This document shows positions 28,027 to 44,791 of a stretch of DNA of 64,000 bases, piece after piece. Numbering within the stretch: position 1 is the stretch's first letter; each line of letters begins with the position of its first letter. Origin of the DNA: the human T2T-CHM13v2.0 reference genome, Homo sapiens; the NCBI RefSeq assembly GCF_009914755.1, contig NC_060940.1. The stretch is one strand, 5' to 3'. A program made the translations under genes and the position numbers. The notes under the pieces are model-generated. The model had not been told where the DNA came from, did not search any database, and saw only the letters and a program-made list of their open reading frames with translations.

Positions 28027-28454
28027 GAAAGTTAATTGGCAATAAAAACTACACTTGGGTAGGCATCATTAATGCTTTGAGTTTAAGAATCTGATATTTC
28101 TATCATAAAGGTAAAATAAAATGTATTAACTAAAACTTGTAATTAAATAAAGGTCAAATGAAAGATAAATCTATATGGTGAAAAAAATCAATTTTTTTTA
28201 CTTATTTTAAACAACAATTTTCTTTTTATAAATTTATTTATTTATTATTATTATACTTTAAGTTTTAGGGTACATGTGCACAATGTGCAGGTTAGTTACA
28301 TATAAATACATTTGCCATGCTGGTGTGCTGCACCCACTAACTTTTCATCTAGCATTAGGTATATCTCCCAATGCTATCCCTCCCCCCTCCCCCCAACCCA
28401 CAACAGTCCCCAGAGTGTGATCTTCCCCTTCCTGTGTCCATGTGTTCTCATTGT

Positions 28455-32272
<3,818 letters not shown>

Positions 32273-32335
32273 TTTGATGTTAGCTGGTTATTTTGCTCAT
32301 TAGTTGATGCAGTTTCTTCCTAGTCTCGATCGTCT

Positions 32336-33352
32336 TTACATTTTGGCATGATTTTGCAGTGGCTGGTAATGGTTGTTCCTTTCCATGTTTAGCGCTTCCT
32401 TCAGGAGCTCTTTTAGGGCAGGCCTGGTGGTGACAAAATCTCTCAGAATTTGCTTGTCTGTAAAGTATTTTATTTCTCCTTCACTTATGAAGCTTAGTTT
32501 GGCTGGATATGAAATTCTGGGCTGAAAATTCTTTTCTTTAATAATGTTGAATATTGGCCCCCACTCTCTTCTGGCTTGTAGAGTTTCTGCCGAGAGATCT
32601 GCTGTTAGTCTGATGGGCTTCCCTTTGAGTGTAACCTGGCTTTTCTCTCTGGCTGCCCTTAACATTTTTTCCTTCATTTCCACTTTGGTGAATCTGACAA
32701 TTATGTGTCTTGGAGTTGCTCTTCTCAAGGAGTATCTTTGTGGCATTCTCTGTATTTCCTGAATCTGAATGTTGGCCTGCCTTGCTAGATTGGGGAAGTT
32801 CTCCTGGATAATATCCTGCAGAGTGTTTTCCAACTTGGTTCCATTCTCCCCGTCACTTTCGGGTACATCAATCAGACGTAGATTTGCTCTTTTCACATAG
32901 TCCCATATTTCTTGGAGGCTTTGCTCATTTCTTTTTATTCTGTTTTCTCTAAACTTCCCTTCTCGCTTCATTTCATTCATTTCATCTTCCATCGCTGATA
33001 CCCTTTCTTCCGGTTGATCGCATCGGCTCCTGAGGCTTCTGCATTCTTCACGTAGTTCTCTAGCCTTGGTTTTCAGCTCCATCAGCTCCTTTAAGCACTT
33101 CTCTGTATTGGTTATTCTAGTTATACATTCTTCGAAATTTTTTTCAAAGTTTTCAACTTCTTTGCCTTTGGTTTGAATATCCTCCCGTAGCTTGGAGTAA
33201 TTTGATCACCTGAAGCCTTCTTCTCTCAGCTTGTCAAAGTCATTCTCTGTCCAGCTTTGTTCCATTGCTGGTGAGGAACTGCGTTCCTTTGGAGGAGGAG
33301 AGGCACTCTGCTGTTTAGAGTTTCCAGTTTTTCTGCTCTGTTTTTTCCCCAT
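32336..33352 (-). pseudogene. L1 ORF1p with premature stop
   Basis: MGKKQSRKTGNSK...; TGA at 33208-33206 (codon 49); remainder open to ...QPLQNHAKM*. Confidence 0.93.
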
Positions 33353-36300
33353 CTTTGTGGTTTTATCTACTTTTGGTCTTTGATGATGGTGATGTACAGA
33401 TGGGTTTTTGTTGTGGATGTCCTTTCTGTTTGTTAGTTTTCCTTCTAACAGACAGGACCCTCAGCTGCAGGTCTGTTGGAGTACCCAGCTGTGTGAAGTG
33501 TTAGGCTGCCCCTGCTCGGGGGTGCCTCCCAGTTAGGCTGCTCGGGAGTCAGGGGTCAGGGACCCACTTGAGGAGGCAGTCTGCCCATTCTCAGATCTCC
33601 AGCTGCGTGCTGGGAGAACCACTGCTCTCTTCAAAGCTGTCAGACAGGCTCATTTAAGTCTGCAGAGGTTACTGCTGTCTTTTTATTTGTCTGTGCCCTG
33701 CCCCCAGAGGTGGAGCCTACAGAGGCAGGCCTCCTGGAGCTATGGTGGGCTCCACCCAGTTCGAGCTTCCCGGCTGCTTTGTTTACCTAAGCAAGCCTGG
33801 GCAATGGCGGGCGCCCCTCCCCCAGCCTCGCTGCCACCTTGCAGTTTGATCTCAGACTGCTGTGCTAGCAATCAGTGAGACTTTGTGGGCGTAGGACCCT
33901 CTAAGCCATGTGCAGGATATAATCTCCTGGTGCACCATTTTTTAAGCCCGTCGGAAAAGCGCAGTATTCGGGTGGGAGTGATCCGATTTTCCAGGTGCCA
34001 TCTGTCATGCCTTTCTTTGACTAGGAAAGGGAACTCCCTGACCTCTTGCACTTCCTGAGTGAGGCAATGCCTCACCCTGCTTCACTCGCGCACGGTGCGC
34101 ACACCCACTGACCTGCGCCCACTGTCTGGCACTCCCTAGTGAGATGAACCTGGTACCTCAGATGGAAATGCAGAAATCAACCGTCTTCTGCATCGCTCAC
34201 ACTGGGAGCTGTAGACCGGAGCTGTTCCTATTCAAAAATCAAATTTTTATGAGGTGAATTCTTACAGTTTGGATCAGGATTTTGGTGGTTTCTGGGGATG
34301 AATAAGACTTCTGGGTTTCCTCCTGTGACTTTTTTACTGAAGTTTCTGACACCCTTACTCAATTTCAAAGTGCAAAAAAATCTTTTCAGTTTCTGTCTTT
34401 GAGATATTCAAAATAAAGTTGATCTCCATATGCTTGATCCTAAATCAATTGTTCACTCAGTGGTGCTCTGCCAAGGAAGGGCACTCAATCTCATGCACCC
34501 AGAAGCCTCACCATTCATACATGATCGGAGGCTTTCCCAGGCATGCACAGGTCTGAACACTCCCCACACCAGCTCAGCCCTGAGCATCTGACTCTAAAGG
34601 TGGCTAATGAATATGTTCCCTTGTACTCTAATTTACAGGGATTTTGTTTTCTCTTAATGATCACTTCCAAAGCTCTAGGGTCTTTCCTGACTCCACTTCC
34701 CACACATAGATAGCCTGGGAGATTTGGACAGAGGCTTCCATCCTCATTCTAAGCTCTGCCATGTTCCATCAACTAACTCCTCTAGAAGTACAATGTTCTA
34801 ATCACTCTTGAGAGACCACATGTCAGGGCATCTTTCTGTGACAAAAATTGAATAAAAGTGAGAAGAAAAACAGACCAGAATTTCTGCTGAGGGTTGCATC
34901 TAAGCGTCTACTTGCCAGACTTATATCTCTATTTTACACAAATATTGACAATGTAATTTCATCTCTAGATAAAAAACTGAAGAAAGAAACCCAGCTCACA
35001 GAAGAAGGAGAAAATGGAATTAATGCTCTATAGAATCCACCTTACCTCAGCTGTGGAGTGCTGTCTCCTCAGCAAAAAGCAATTGTTCTCAGTCTTCAGA
35101 AACAACTGTGGTTTCAGACAGTTGGACACTGAGAGTGCAGGATGCTCACTGGGATTCCATGTCTACATCACAAAAGGATGAAATTCCTTAGAGAAACTGA
35201 ACCCACCCATCCTGTTCTACCATTTGGTCTAACTAATACTACTACTCATTCTGGCCCAACAGGACTCCCCAACTCTTCTCTGGGCCACACTAGGGATAAT
35301 TCAGAAAGACAGAAAGATATTAACTTCCCTCCTTTTCTGTAGTTCCTGGGTCTAATTTGTTCACTTTTAGGTTTTGGGTTTTTGTCTTTCCTCTACAGCC
35401 ACAGAATTTATGTGTGCTATGCCAGTACCTATAATTTTAAGTAGTCATTTTTTCTATTCTAGTCACCCATACTGTCTTCTAGTAATTTTTTTTTCTAGTA
35501 GAGCCAGATGATATGGATGCAAGAACTATGTAAATGTTCACCACAACTAAGTTGAAAACCACAACCCCACTTTGGGTTGGACTGCCATTCAGAGAATGTA
35601 CAAACAAGATTTGCCTGGGGTTGCAGCTTAGGAAAAGAAAGACACATCCTGTCCAGGAAAGGTCAGTGAGAAATATCAAATTTTGAAAATGGATGCCTAT
35701 AGAACTCAATGATGTTCTCTTCATCTTGGAGTCAGTCAAGAAGAGATTTTTGGGTGCTGGGGGGACAGTCACATTCAATCAACAAATTACGTAGCCAACA
35801 TGTGTGAACCTAAAGGAAAAAAGGAAGTAAAATCAAACAGTTTGGCCATGTTAACAGATTTAGTGATAAAAGTTACAATGTGATTTAAGTGCAATTGGTC
35901 TCAAAAGCCTAAAATATTACATGAATGAGCTTCAAGGGACACATGCTTTGGCTGGAGTCAGCTGATTATTATCCTAAAAGTGTTAATAGTGGTGAGACAT
36001 GACCAACACTTCAGGAAGTGGGCCAAAGGCCAATGCAGTTATTATGCCAGGAATGGTCTGGGGCCTTCTAAACCATGAGACAAATAGGTCAACTTTCACC
36101 AAGGAGAACAAATCTGGCATGCAGTGATGACCACTGCATTACACATGGGTTCAGGCTTGGTTTTTGGCTTAACTGTGGTTAGCATTTTCGGAGGACCAAC
36201 CCTTACCATGGACTCTTAAATGAATGACCTTACAGATCAGCAGCTGAAATTCTGCATGATTTGAATCTGAAAAAGGATGTCCTTAATCTAATAGCCTTTA

Positions 36301-36558
36301 ATTTCAATGTGGAAGACCAAACAGTTAGAACATGTACAATGACCCAAAACCCTGAGCTCTCACCATTAAGTGGAGCAGCCACCCCTGCTTCAGGTTCTGT
36401 GTGCCTGGCAATGAGGGCTATCCACAGTAGCCTAGTGAACACCATAAGGTGGCAGCTTCCTTGACTTGTCAGTGAGTTAGGGCTAGGCATTTAAAAAATA
36501 TTCAGTGAACTGAAGACCTCATAGAGCCAGCAGTTTTTCTTCAAACAGTGAAGGGAGG

Positions 36559-36923
36559 TGTATTCATTCATTTTCACACTGCTGATAAAGACATACTCAA
36601 GATTGAGAAATTTACAAAAGAAAGAGGTTTAATGGACTTACAGTTCCACATGGCTGAGGGGGCCTCACAATCATCGCAGAAGGTAAAAGCCATGTCTCAC
36701 TTGGTGGCAAACAAGAAAAGAGAGAATGAGAGTAAAGCAAAGGGGTTTCTCCTTATGAAACCATCAGATCTCATGAGACTCATTCACTACCACGAAAACA
36801 GTATGGGGAAACCCACTCCCATGATTCAATTATCTCCTACTGGGTCCCTCCCACAACACTTGGGAATTATGGGAGCTAAAACTTGAGATGACATTTGGGT
36901 GGGGACACAGCAAAACCATATCA
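36559..36923 (-). mobile_element. THE1-type MaLR solo LTR
   Basis: 'tgtatt...cacactgctgataaagacata...ggggacacagcaaaaccatatca' is the reverse complement of a full ~365-bp THE1 LTR. Confidence 0.9.
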
Positions 36924-38049
36924 AGGGGCATAAAATTTTTACCAAAGAACCTAATTTTTCTTTTACAACTAAGATGTTCCTGTGGCATTCCGATTTACTT
37001 TTAGAATGTGTTATATTCTAAGCGGTCTTCTGATGTCTTGTAGAACTCAAATTCTCTCACTTCAAAATTGGAAAATTAAGCTGGGAAGCCCCAAGCCCTT
37101 GATGTGGCAGGATTCAGTTTGACAAGAGCATTGTAGCAAGCCAACCTCAACACTGACTTTCAAATCAGTGTAAGTAGTAGTGTCAGGGAGATTCTGTGTC
37201 AAAAACTCCAAGGGCCACCTCTAGGTGGAGGCTGACTCCCTCTCTCAGAAGCTTCAAAAGAAAACAATGTCAAGCTGGAAGAATTGAGCTATGTAAATCT
37301 GCCCATATAGTTGCAGTGAACCTTAACTGGAAAACAGAACTATGAGATTTTAGTAATTTTATCAGCTACTGACAGAGAGATGTTACCATTCTAGGAAAGA
37401 GTATGAAGGCAGATGCTTCTAAATTAGGAGCCAACAGAACATCATCTATAGAGTTGATATTTTGGATATCAGAGGGTAGAGGCACTCATGATACATTATG
37501 TGCTGCCACTTTGGCAAATGGCAGGGAAGTTTGTCTCACTTACACTTCTCTACCTGTTCCTCACCCAGTTTAGAAAAATCTCCTCTGGCACTTACTGAGC
37601 AGGCAAGGATAAAAACACCTAACCTGACAATTGCCACTATAGAGTCTGATGTAGAAACACAGAAACACAACAGGACATTGATTTAGCTCAAAAAGTTCCA
37701 CCTCCATTTTTATGTGACTCTCCTGTCTTCACTGTCACCATGCCCAAACACTATTAGTTGAGTTTTGCTGTCTGTTTTTATTTTATTGTTTACCTTTGTT
37801 TTATGTTATCCTGTATGTAAACACAGATTTACAACTAACACTATACCCAGGACACGAAAACACAAAAGACCAATAAAGACTGGAATAGGTGTGTGTAGGG
37901 GATAGGACACAGCAATGGAAAGATGTTATTCTCTTTAAACTTTTCACCCTGAGGTCTGTGCTGTCTCTTCACTTTTGTACCTTCCAGCATTTGGAGAATA
38001 TTCAGAATCAAAGGCTTCCACCTGATGAAGGAGGGTGGAGGACTTCGTC

Positions 38050-38620
38050 TACAGGATGAAGTCCAACATCAAGGTGTGGGTAGGGTGTGTTTTCTCAGAG
38101 GCCTCTCTCCTAGGCTTGTAAGTAGCCACATTCTCATTGTGTCCTCATGTGGCCATTTCTCTCTGTGTGCACATTTGTATCCTTATTTCCTCTTTCATGG
38201 AGACATCACTTAGATTGGATTAGGACCCACCCTAAGGTCCTCATTTTAAAACTTTTTTGATTGTAACTGACACAAAATTGTCTGCATTTATGGTACTGTT
38301 TTGAAATACACACATATTGTGGAATGGTTAACCCAAGCTAGTTTGCATATGCATTACCTCACATACCCATCATGTTTTTGTTGTGAGAACACTCGAAATC
38401 TACTGTATTAGTCAAGAACACAATACATTAACTGTAGTCACCAAGTACAATAGATCTCTTGCACTTATTCTTCCTAACTGAAATTTTGTATAATGTGACC
38501 TTCTCTCCACCACCCCACCTGTGCCCCCAAGGACCTCATTTTAACATAATTATCTGTGTGATGACACTTTCTTCAAATATAGCCACACTCTTACGTACTG
38601 GGGTTTAGGGTGTCAACATA
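38050..38620 (-). mobile_element. MLT1-type LTR interrupted by an L1M 3' fragment (~38250-38530)
   Basis: 'gaagtccaacatcaaggtgt...ggattaggacccacccta' resumes as 'gacctcattttaac...gtactggggtttagg'. Confidence 0.65.
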
Positions 38621-38639
38621 CAACATACAAAAAATAAGA

Positions 38640-41095
38640 TTAAAATATTACAAACTATTATTTTTTATTAAAAGGGAATAAAATTAGAAATTGATAGCAG
38701 AAAAATACTGCAAAATCTACAAACATGTGGAAATTAAACAACATACTTTTGAGCATGCTCTTATTCAAGGGTTGGAAGACAATATTGTGAAGATGTCCAC
38801 ATTACACAGTGATCTACAGATTTAATGCCATCTCCATCTTATTTTAACTGTCATATTATTTTGAAGAAATACAAAAAAAAATTCTAAAACTTATATGGAA
38901 TCTAAAGTGAGTATCGAGAACCAAACAAACTTCAAAGAAAGAAATGCTATTGGAGGCATCACACTCCTTGACTTTATAATGTATTACAAAGCTACAGTAA
39001 CCAAACCATTTGGTACTGGCATAAAGGCAGACAGACAGACCAACGGAAAAGAACAGAGCACAGAAATAAAATCTCATATATATGGCCAAATGAAGAATTA
39101 TTTGTATATCCATATGCATTGCAGCATTGCTCACAAAAGCTAATAGGTGGAAGCAGCCCAAACGTCCCTCAGTGATTGAGTAGGTAAAGACAATTTGAAA
39201 TATACAAACAATGGAATATTATTCAGTTTTTTAAAAGCAGGAGATCTGATTATTTTTACACTAAACATAAATCTTGAGGACATTATGTAAATAAAATAAA
39301 CCAGCCACAAAAGGACACTGTGTGATTCCAGTTAAATAAGATATCTAAAGTAGTTAAACTCCTAGAAACAGAAAGTAGTCAGAGCCTCAGGGGAGGAGAT
39401 AAAGGGGTAGTTGTTGTTTCATAGATATTGAGTTTCAGTTTTGCAGCAAAAACATTCTAGAGATATGTTGCATGACAGTGCAAATATATTTAATATTATT
39501 TAATTATGTACTTAAAATATTTAAGATGGTCAATTTTACGTGTTTTTGACTACATTAAAAATGAAAACCTTCTAAGGAGATACATATTTTTAAATCTTTT
39601 CAAAAATTACCTTCAAATCATAAAAATGTAAGAAAAACAATAAAGAGGCCAGGTGCAGTGGCTTATCTATGTAATCCAAATACATCAGGAGGCTGATGAC
39701 GGAGAATAGCTTGAGGCCAAAAGTTGGAGACCAGCCTGGGCAACATAATAAGCCCTCATCTACAAATCACAAGCAGAAGGAAACTGGCAAATCAAAATAT
39801 ATATGAAACTTAAAACAGCACACTCTTGACCTCTTGTTCAAGGATCAGAAATTTTATTATTGTTAAGATGTCAATACTACTTGGATTGAAGCACAAATTC
39901 AAAGAAAAGTATTTTATATCAAAATCTCAATGTTACTTTTTTGGAGAAATATTATTTTAAGTCCTAAAATTTATATGGAATCTCAAGGCATGTCTGGCAC
40001 AAAAGCTGAGTTTTCTTTTTTGGAGAAATATTATTTTAAGTCCTAAAATGCATATGGGATCTCAAGGGACAATGAGTAGCCAAAATAGCTGTAGGGAAGA
40101 ACAAAGTTGGATTGCAACTTTATTGCAAAATATATTACAAAGCTGTAGAAATTCAAACAGAAAGACAAATAGATGATGAAACAGAATGGAGAACCCAGAA
40201 ATAAATCTTCATGAATATCAGCAAATAATCTTCAATCAAGTTGCCATGACCGAACAAAGGGGAAGAACAGACGCTTTAGCAAATAGTGTTACAAAACCGA
40301 ATATCAAAATTAAAAAAAATGAAATTTAACTTTTCACTTGCACTGTATGCAAAAATATCTTAAATGAATTAAATACTTAAATGTAAGTAAGATAGCTCTA
40401 AAACTTTTAAAATAAATTATAGGGTAAACAATTGTGACATTTGTCCTGGTAATTTTTTGAACATGACATTAAAAGCAGAAGTAACAAGAATAAAAACAGA
40501 AAAATGGGACTACATCAAGTGTAATAAGCTTTCTGGACATCAAAGAAAACATTAAGTGGAGTAAAAATGTCATTTAAGAAATGAGAAAAAATTGCAGATA
40601 ACATATTTGATAGACGTTAATATCCAGAATGTATAAACAACCTCTAAAACTCAACAACAAAAAGTAAATAACCCTATTTAAAAATGGGCAAAATGATCAA
40701 CGTATGTTTTTAAAAACCAGATATACAAATGGCCAAGAGGAATTTGAAAGATGCTCAAAACTACAAATCTTGAGAGAAATAAAAAGCAAAATCCCAATGA
40801 GATATTACCTCACACTCATTAGGATGGCCACTATCAAACAAGAAATAATAACAAATGTTCTCAAGGATGTAGAGAAATTGGAACACTGTACACTGGTGGT
40901 GGAAAAAATAATAATGCAGCCATTATGAAAAATAGTACAGATATTCCTCAGAATACTAAAAATGGAATTCTAATACGATCTGGCAATCTCATTTCTGGAT
41001 ATCTATCTAAATGTTCAAAGCAGGACCTGCAAGAAACATTGGCACACTCATGTTAATAACAGTATTGTTCTCAAAATCCAAAAGGTAGAAACTGC
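38640..41095 (+). mobile_element. Old L1M ORF2 fragments with an Alu monomer at ~39647-39765
   Basis: GGITLLDFIMYYKATVTK and REIKSKIPMRYYLTLIRMATIK remnants. Confidence 0.8.
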
Positions 41096-41628
41096 TTAAA
41101 TCACAATCAAGTTTATATATCTCACTGGATCTCTGTGATTTCACCTCCTCTCCTTGCTTTTCATACCTCTTCCTTGCCATCACTGGTCTCTGGTTCCTAA
41201 AACTCACCCTGTTCACTCCCATTTCAGGACCATTGCTCAATAGAATCATCTGTGTGGAATCTTCTTCCCCAGAATCTTTGTATGTCATTCCCTCTGTTGC
41301 TAGGTTACTGGGATCTCAATGTAAACGTTATGTCCTGACAGAGGCTGCTGTGAGCTGAATTGTGTGCTTTCCAAAATATATATATAAAATAATTTAATTC
41401 TGATCATATGTTAAAATACTTCCGATATATTGTTATTAAAATCAATTTCACTCATTTTTCTTTTTTTATGTTGCTACTACAAAATTTTATTTGACACACG
41501 TGGCTCACATTTTACTTCTATTGCACATTGCTGCAATAGAGGATTGCCTATTTTCACAGCTCAGGCTGCCTCAAAAGCCAAAAGGCCAGAAAGATTGTAA
41601 AATCTAAAATTTTTAAATAATTGTCATT

Positions 41629-41926
41629 GGTCGAGCATGGCAGCTCATGCCTGTGATCCCAGCACATTGGGAGGCCAAGGTGGGCGGATTACTTGAGCTC
41701 AGGAGTTCAAAACCAGCCTGGAGAACATGGCAAAACCCTGCCTCTTCTAAAAATACAAAAATTAGCCAGGCAAGGTAGTGGGCACCTGTAATCCCAGCTG
41801 CTCAGGAGGCTGAGGCAGATGAATTGCTTGAATCTCGGGGTCGGAGGTTGCAATGATCCGAGATCGCACCACTGCACTGGAGCCTGGTTGACAAAGTGAG
41901 ACTCTGTCTCAAAAAAATAAAAATAA
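41629..41926 (+). mobile_element. AluS-like with TSD
   Basis: Dimeric Alu with A tail; TSD AAATAATTGTCATT at 41615-41628 and 41927-41940. Confidence 0.92.
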
Positions 41927-42051
41927 AAATAATTGTCATTATGTTGTTTTCATTTTGAATAATAAACACACATACACACTCACACACACACCCACAAACA
42001 CACACCCCTCTCCCCAACACACACACACAGAGTGAGGAAGAGATAGAGAGA

Positions 42052-42355
42052 GAGGATCTCGCTCTGTCACTCAGACTGGAGTGCATGCAGTGGCCTGATC
42101 TCAGCTCACTGCAGCCTCTACCTCCCAGGCTTAAATGACCCTCCCACCTAAGTCCCCCAAGTAGCTGGGACCACAGACAAGCTCCACCATGCCTGGCTAT
42201 TTTTTCTTTCTTTCTTTTTTTTGTAGAAAAGGTTGGGGGGCGGAGGGTGCTCACACTATGTTGCCAAGGCTGGTCTCGAACTCCTGGTTTCAAGAGCTCC
42301 TCGCCCCTCAGCCTACCAAAGTGTTGGGATTACAGGTGAGATTCACCATGTCCAG
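42052..42355 (-). mobile_element. AluJ-like, with (CA)n/(GA)n at 41966-42052
   Basis: Diverged dimeric Alu on the minus strand. Confidence 0.85.
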
Positions 42356-42434
42356 CTGTATATATACATATATGTGCATATATATAATTTATGAATAAAA
42401 ATAAACTTATATACAAGGTTAAATGCAAATGTCT

Positions 42435-42612
42435 CATAGTGAGGGCCAGGTTTCAGCATAAGGAGTAAGTCCTGCCTGAAAGGGGCTGCACCCAGGAACG
42501 TTTCACTCTCTCCTCGCTTGGCTATGAATTGGTTCACATTCTGTCACGCAGGACCTGAAGGGGAGGGCCTGGAACCCTATTATCCAATCACTGGTTCTGG
42601 GGTAAAAACTGT
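42435..42612 (+). promoter_or_regulatory. Truncated relic of a KRAB-ZNF (ZNF91-subfamily-like) promoter
   Basis: 'cctgcctgaaaggggctgca...tctgtcacgcaggacctgaagggagggcc...ttatccaatca' resembles the recalled ZNF91-family proximal promoter with its CCAAT box. Confidence 0.5.
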
Positions 42613-43657
42613 CTTAAAGCTATTATTTTCATGCTTAATCATGCTAATTTTTAGTGAGAAACTTAAGATTAGCTAACAAAACAAGACGTTAAGATTTTAA
42701 ATTACTAAATAAAAAATTAAAATTATGACATAGGTACTTCCTTTAATGTTTTTTGGGGGGGTTTCAAGAATCTATGTTATATATTGAAATCTACTGCTTA
42801 TGTAAGCCCTACCCTTAAATCAAAACAACCTTGATGTTATTGTGAACAGGTACTTAGCACAAATCCTACTCTTAGGCAAATTTATATAAGTGCTCCATAC
42901 CTTGAAAGTCACTCCAACAAAGCTGGAGAACCATCTGTTCCTGAGGGATCAGATCATCATCTGTGTCTTTGAGACACTGGCCAGTCAGGCTTCAGTGGAC
43001 ATGAAGCCAATAATTTTAAATGTAAAATGCCTAAACTATCATAATCTTTAGGTAGATATTTGGGGGTCTGCACACTTAAATGGGTTGGCGAAATGTCACA
43101 CCAGACACATGGCTAGGAATTGCGGTTTTCTCCTCTGCTCCTAGTAACACCTTGGTAACCCAATGATTACCGTCCTTCGTGCCTCCAAGTCCAGATCTGC
43201 AAAAACGCGTTGGGGAGGGTGATATTTTCATGAAGCCACAGCCCATGTTCACTCCCTGCAAAGCTCTGAACCCGTGCATCCCCAGGTCAGGCAGTGGATG
43301 TCTTTCAAAGGCAGCTGAACTTGCACTTTGGTTAGATAGAACAGAGGGCAGCAGCACAGTAGACAGCGTCTGGTACTTCAGACCAGTTCCCACAGCCACT
43401 TAGGAAATCAGGCAGCTCCGTGGGCTGGAGGAGGCACAGATGCTCTGGGAAGACCCTGAGTGACTCTCAAGATCCTCTCCTGACTCAATCCCCTTGGGAA
43501 GGGTTTGGCACGGAATCAATGGCCAGCAAATCTTGGTAAGTGAAGAGGCCTACACCACCCTGCCCCTTCCTGTAGGGCTGCACACAGCCTCTGCCCTGTC
43601 TCAATCTGGGACTGTTATCCTGCAGCCACAACAGCCACCGTTTGGAACCGGAGAAGA

Positions 43658-43679
43658 GACTACAACTCCCAGAGTGCCC
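43658..43679 (+). promoter_or_regulatory. ZNF143/THAP11 SBS-type motif
   Basis: GACTACAACTCCCAGAGTGCCC matches ACTACAnnTCCCAGnnTGC. Confidence 0.7.
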
Positions 43680-44409
43680 CATGAGAGGTCTGTAAGGCTG
43701 GGTTCATTTTCCTTAAACTTTTTTTTTTACTTGTATCTTCAGATTGAATAATTTCTATTGTTGTGTGTTTTGTTTCTGATCTATAGATAAGCTCAAAATT
43801 ATTCTTTTTGTGTCTTATTTTTCTATTTGGCTATTTTTTATTTCTCTGCTGAGGTTCCACATCTGTTCCTTTATAAGTATATTTTTTCCTTTGCCTCCAT
43901 TAGCATACTTGTAATAGCTGCCTTCAAATTCTTGTCTGCTGATTACATCTTGGATATCTTGGAGATGTCTACTGCCTGCCTTTTATCTTGTGTATGTATT
44001 GCATTTTCATGTGTCTTCACCCATCTCACGAATTTGAAAATTGTGTACAAGAGACTGTATACAAGAGTTATAGAGACTCTGGATTCTGTTGTGTCCCTTT
44101 GAAGAGTGTTGATTTTTAAAGAGAGTGCTAATTGGACTGGATTATAACTTCAATTCTTGTCTCTCCTAAGGAGGGCACAGGGGACATCCTCATTCACTTC
44201 TTATACACACATATCTCATATATGTATTATATATAGAAGTGTTTATAATGATATATACTATTTTATCTAGGATTCATCATTTTTCTCTCTGAGAGTGTTA
44301 GTTTAACTAGCTAATTCCCATTAGTGAAAGCAAGAATGTCAGTTTTGATTTTTGGATTTAGTATAAATGAAATTATATAGTTTGGATACTTTTACATCAA
44401 TTTTTAAAT

Positions 44410-44747
44410 GCAAGATTATATTTGTGATATTCATTTATGCTGTTGCATGTATCTACAGTCTGTTCATTTAAAAATTCCTTTTTTACATTGTGGTAAAATA
44501 TACATAAAATTAACTATTTTAACAATTTCTAACGTGCAAGTCAGAGGAATTAATCATGCTCAGATTGTTCTGCAACCATCATCCACATTCATAGGGAATT
44601 TTGTTCATTTTGCAAAAATAAAAATAAAAGATAGAAACAGCCCCCATTTACCTTCTTTTGGCCCCTGGGAACTAACTACTCTTCTACTTTGTGTTTCTGT
44701 GAATGGGACATCCATAAGAACCTCATATGAGTGGAATCACACAATAT
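44410..44747 (-). mobile_element. Old L1M 3'UTR fragments
   Basis: 'ttgtggtaaaatatacataaaatt...cctcatatgagtggaatcacacaata'. Confidence 0.65.
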
Positions 44748-44791
44748 AGTAAAGAAATCATGAGGAAGAACAATATACACTGTATAACATG

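Noticed and set aside
41802-42293. 163-aa ORF
   Set aside because: Spans two Alus and a CA microsatellite.
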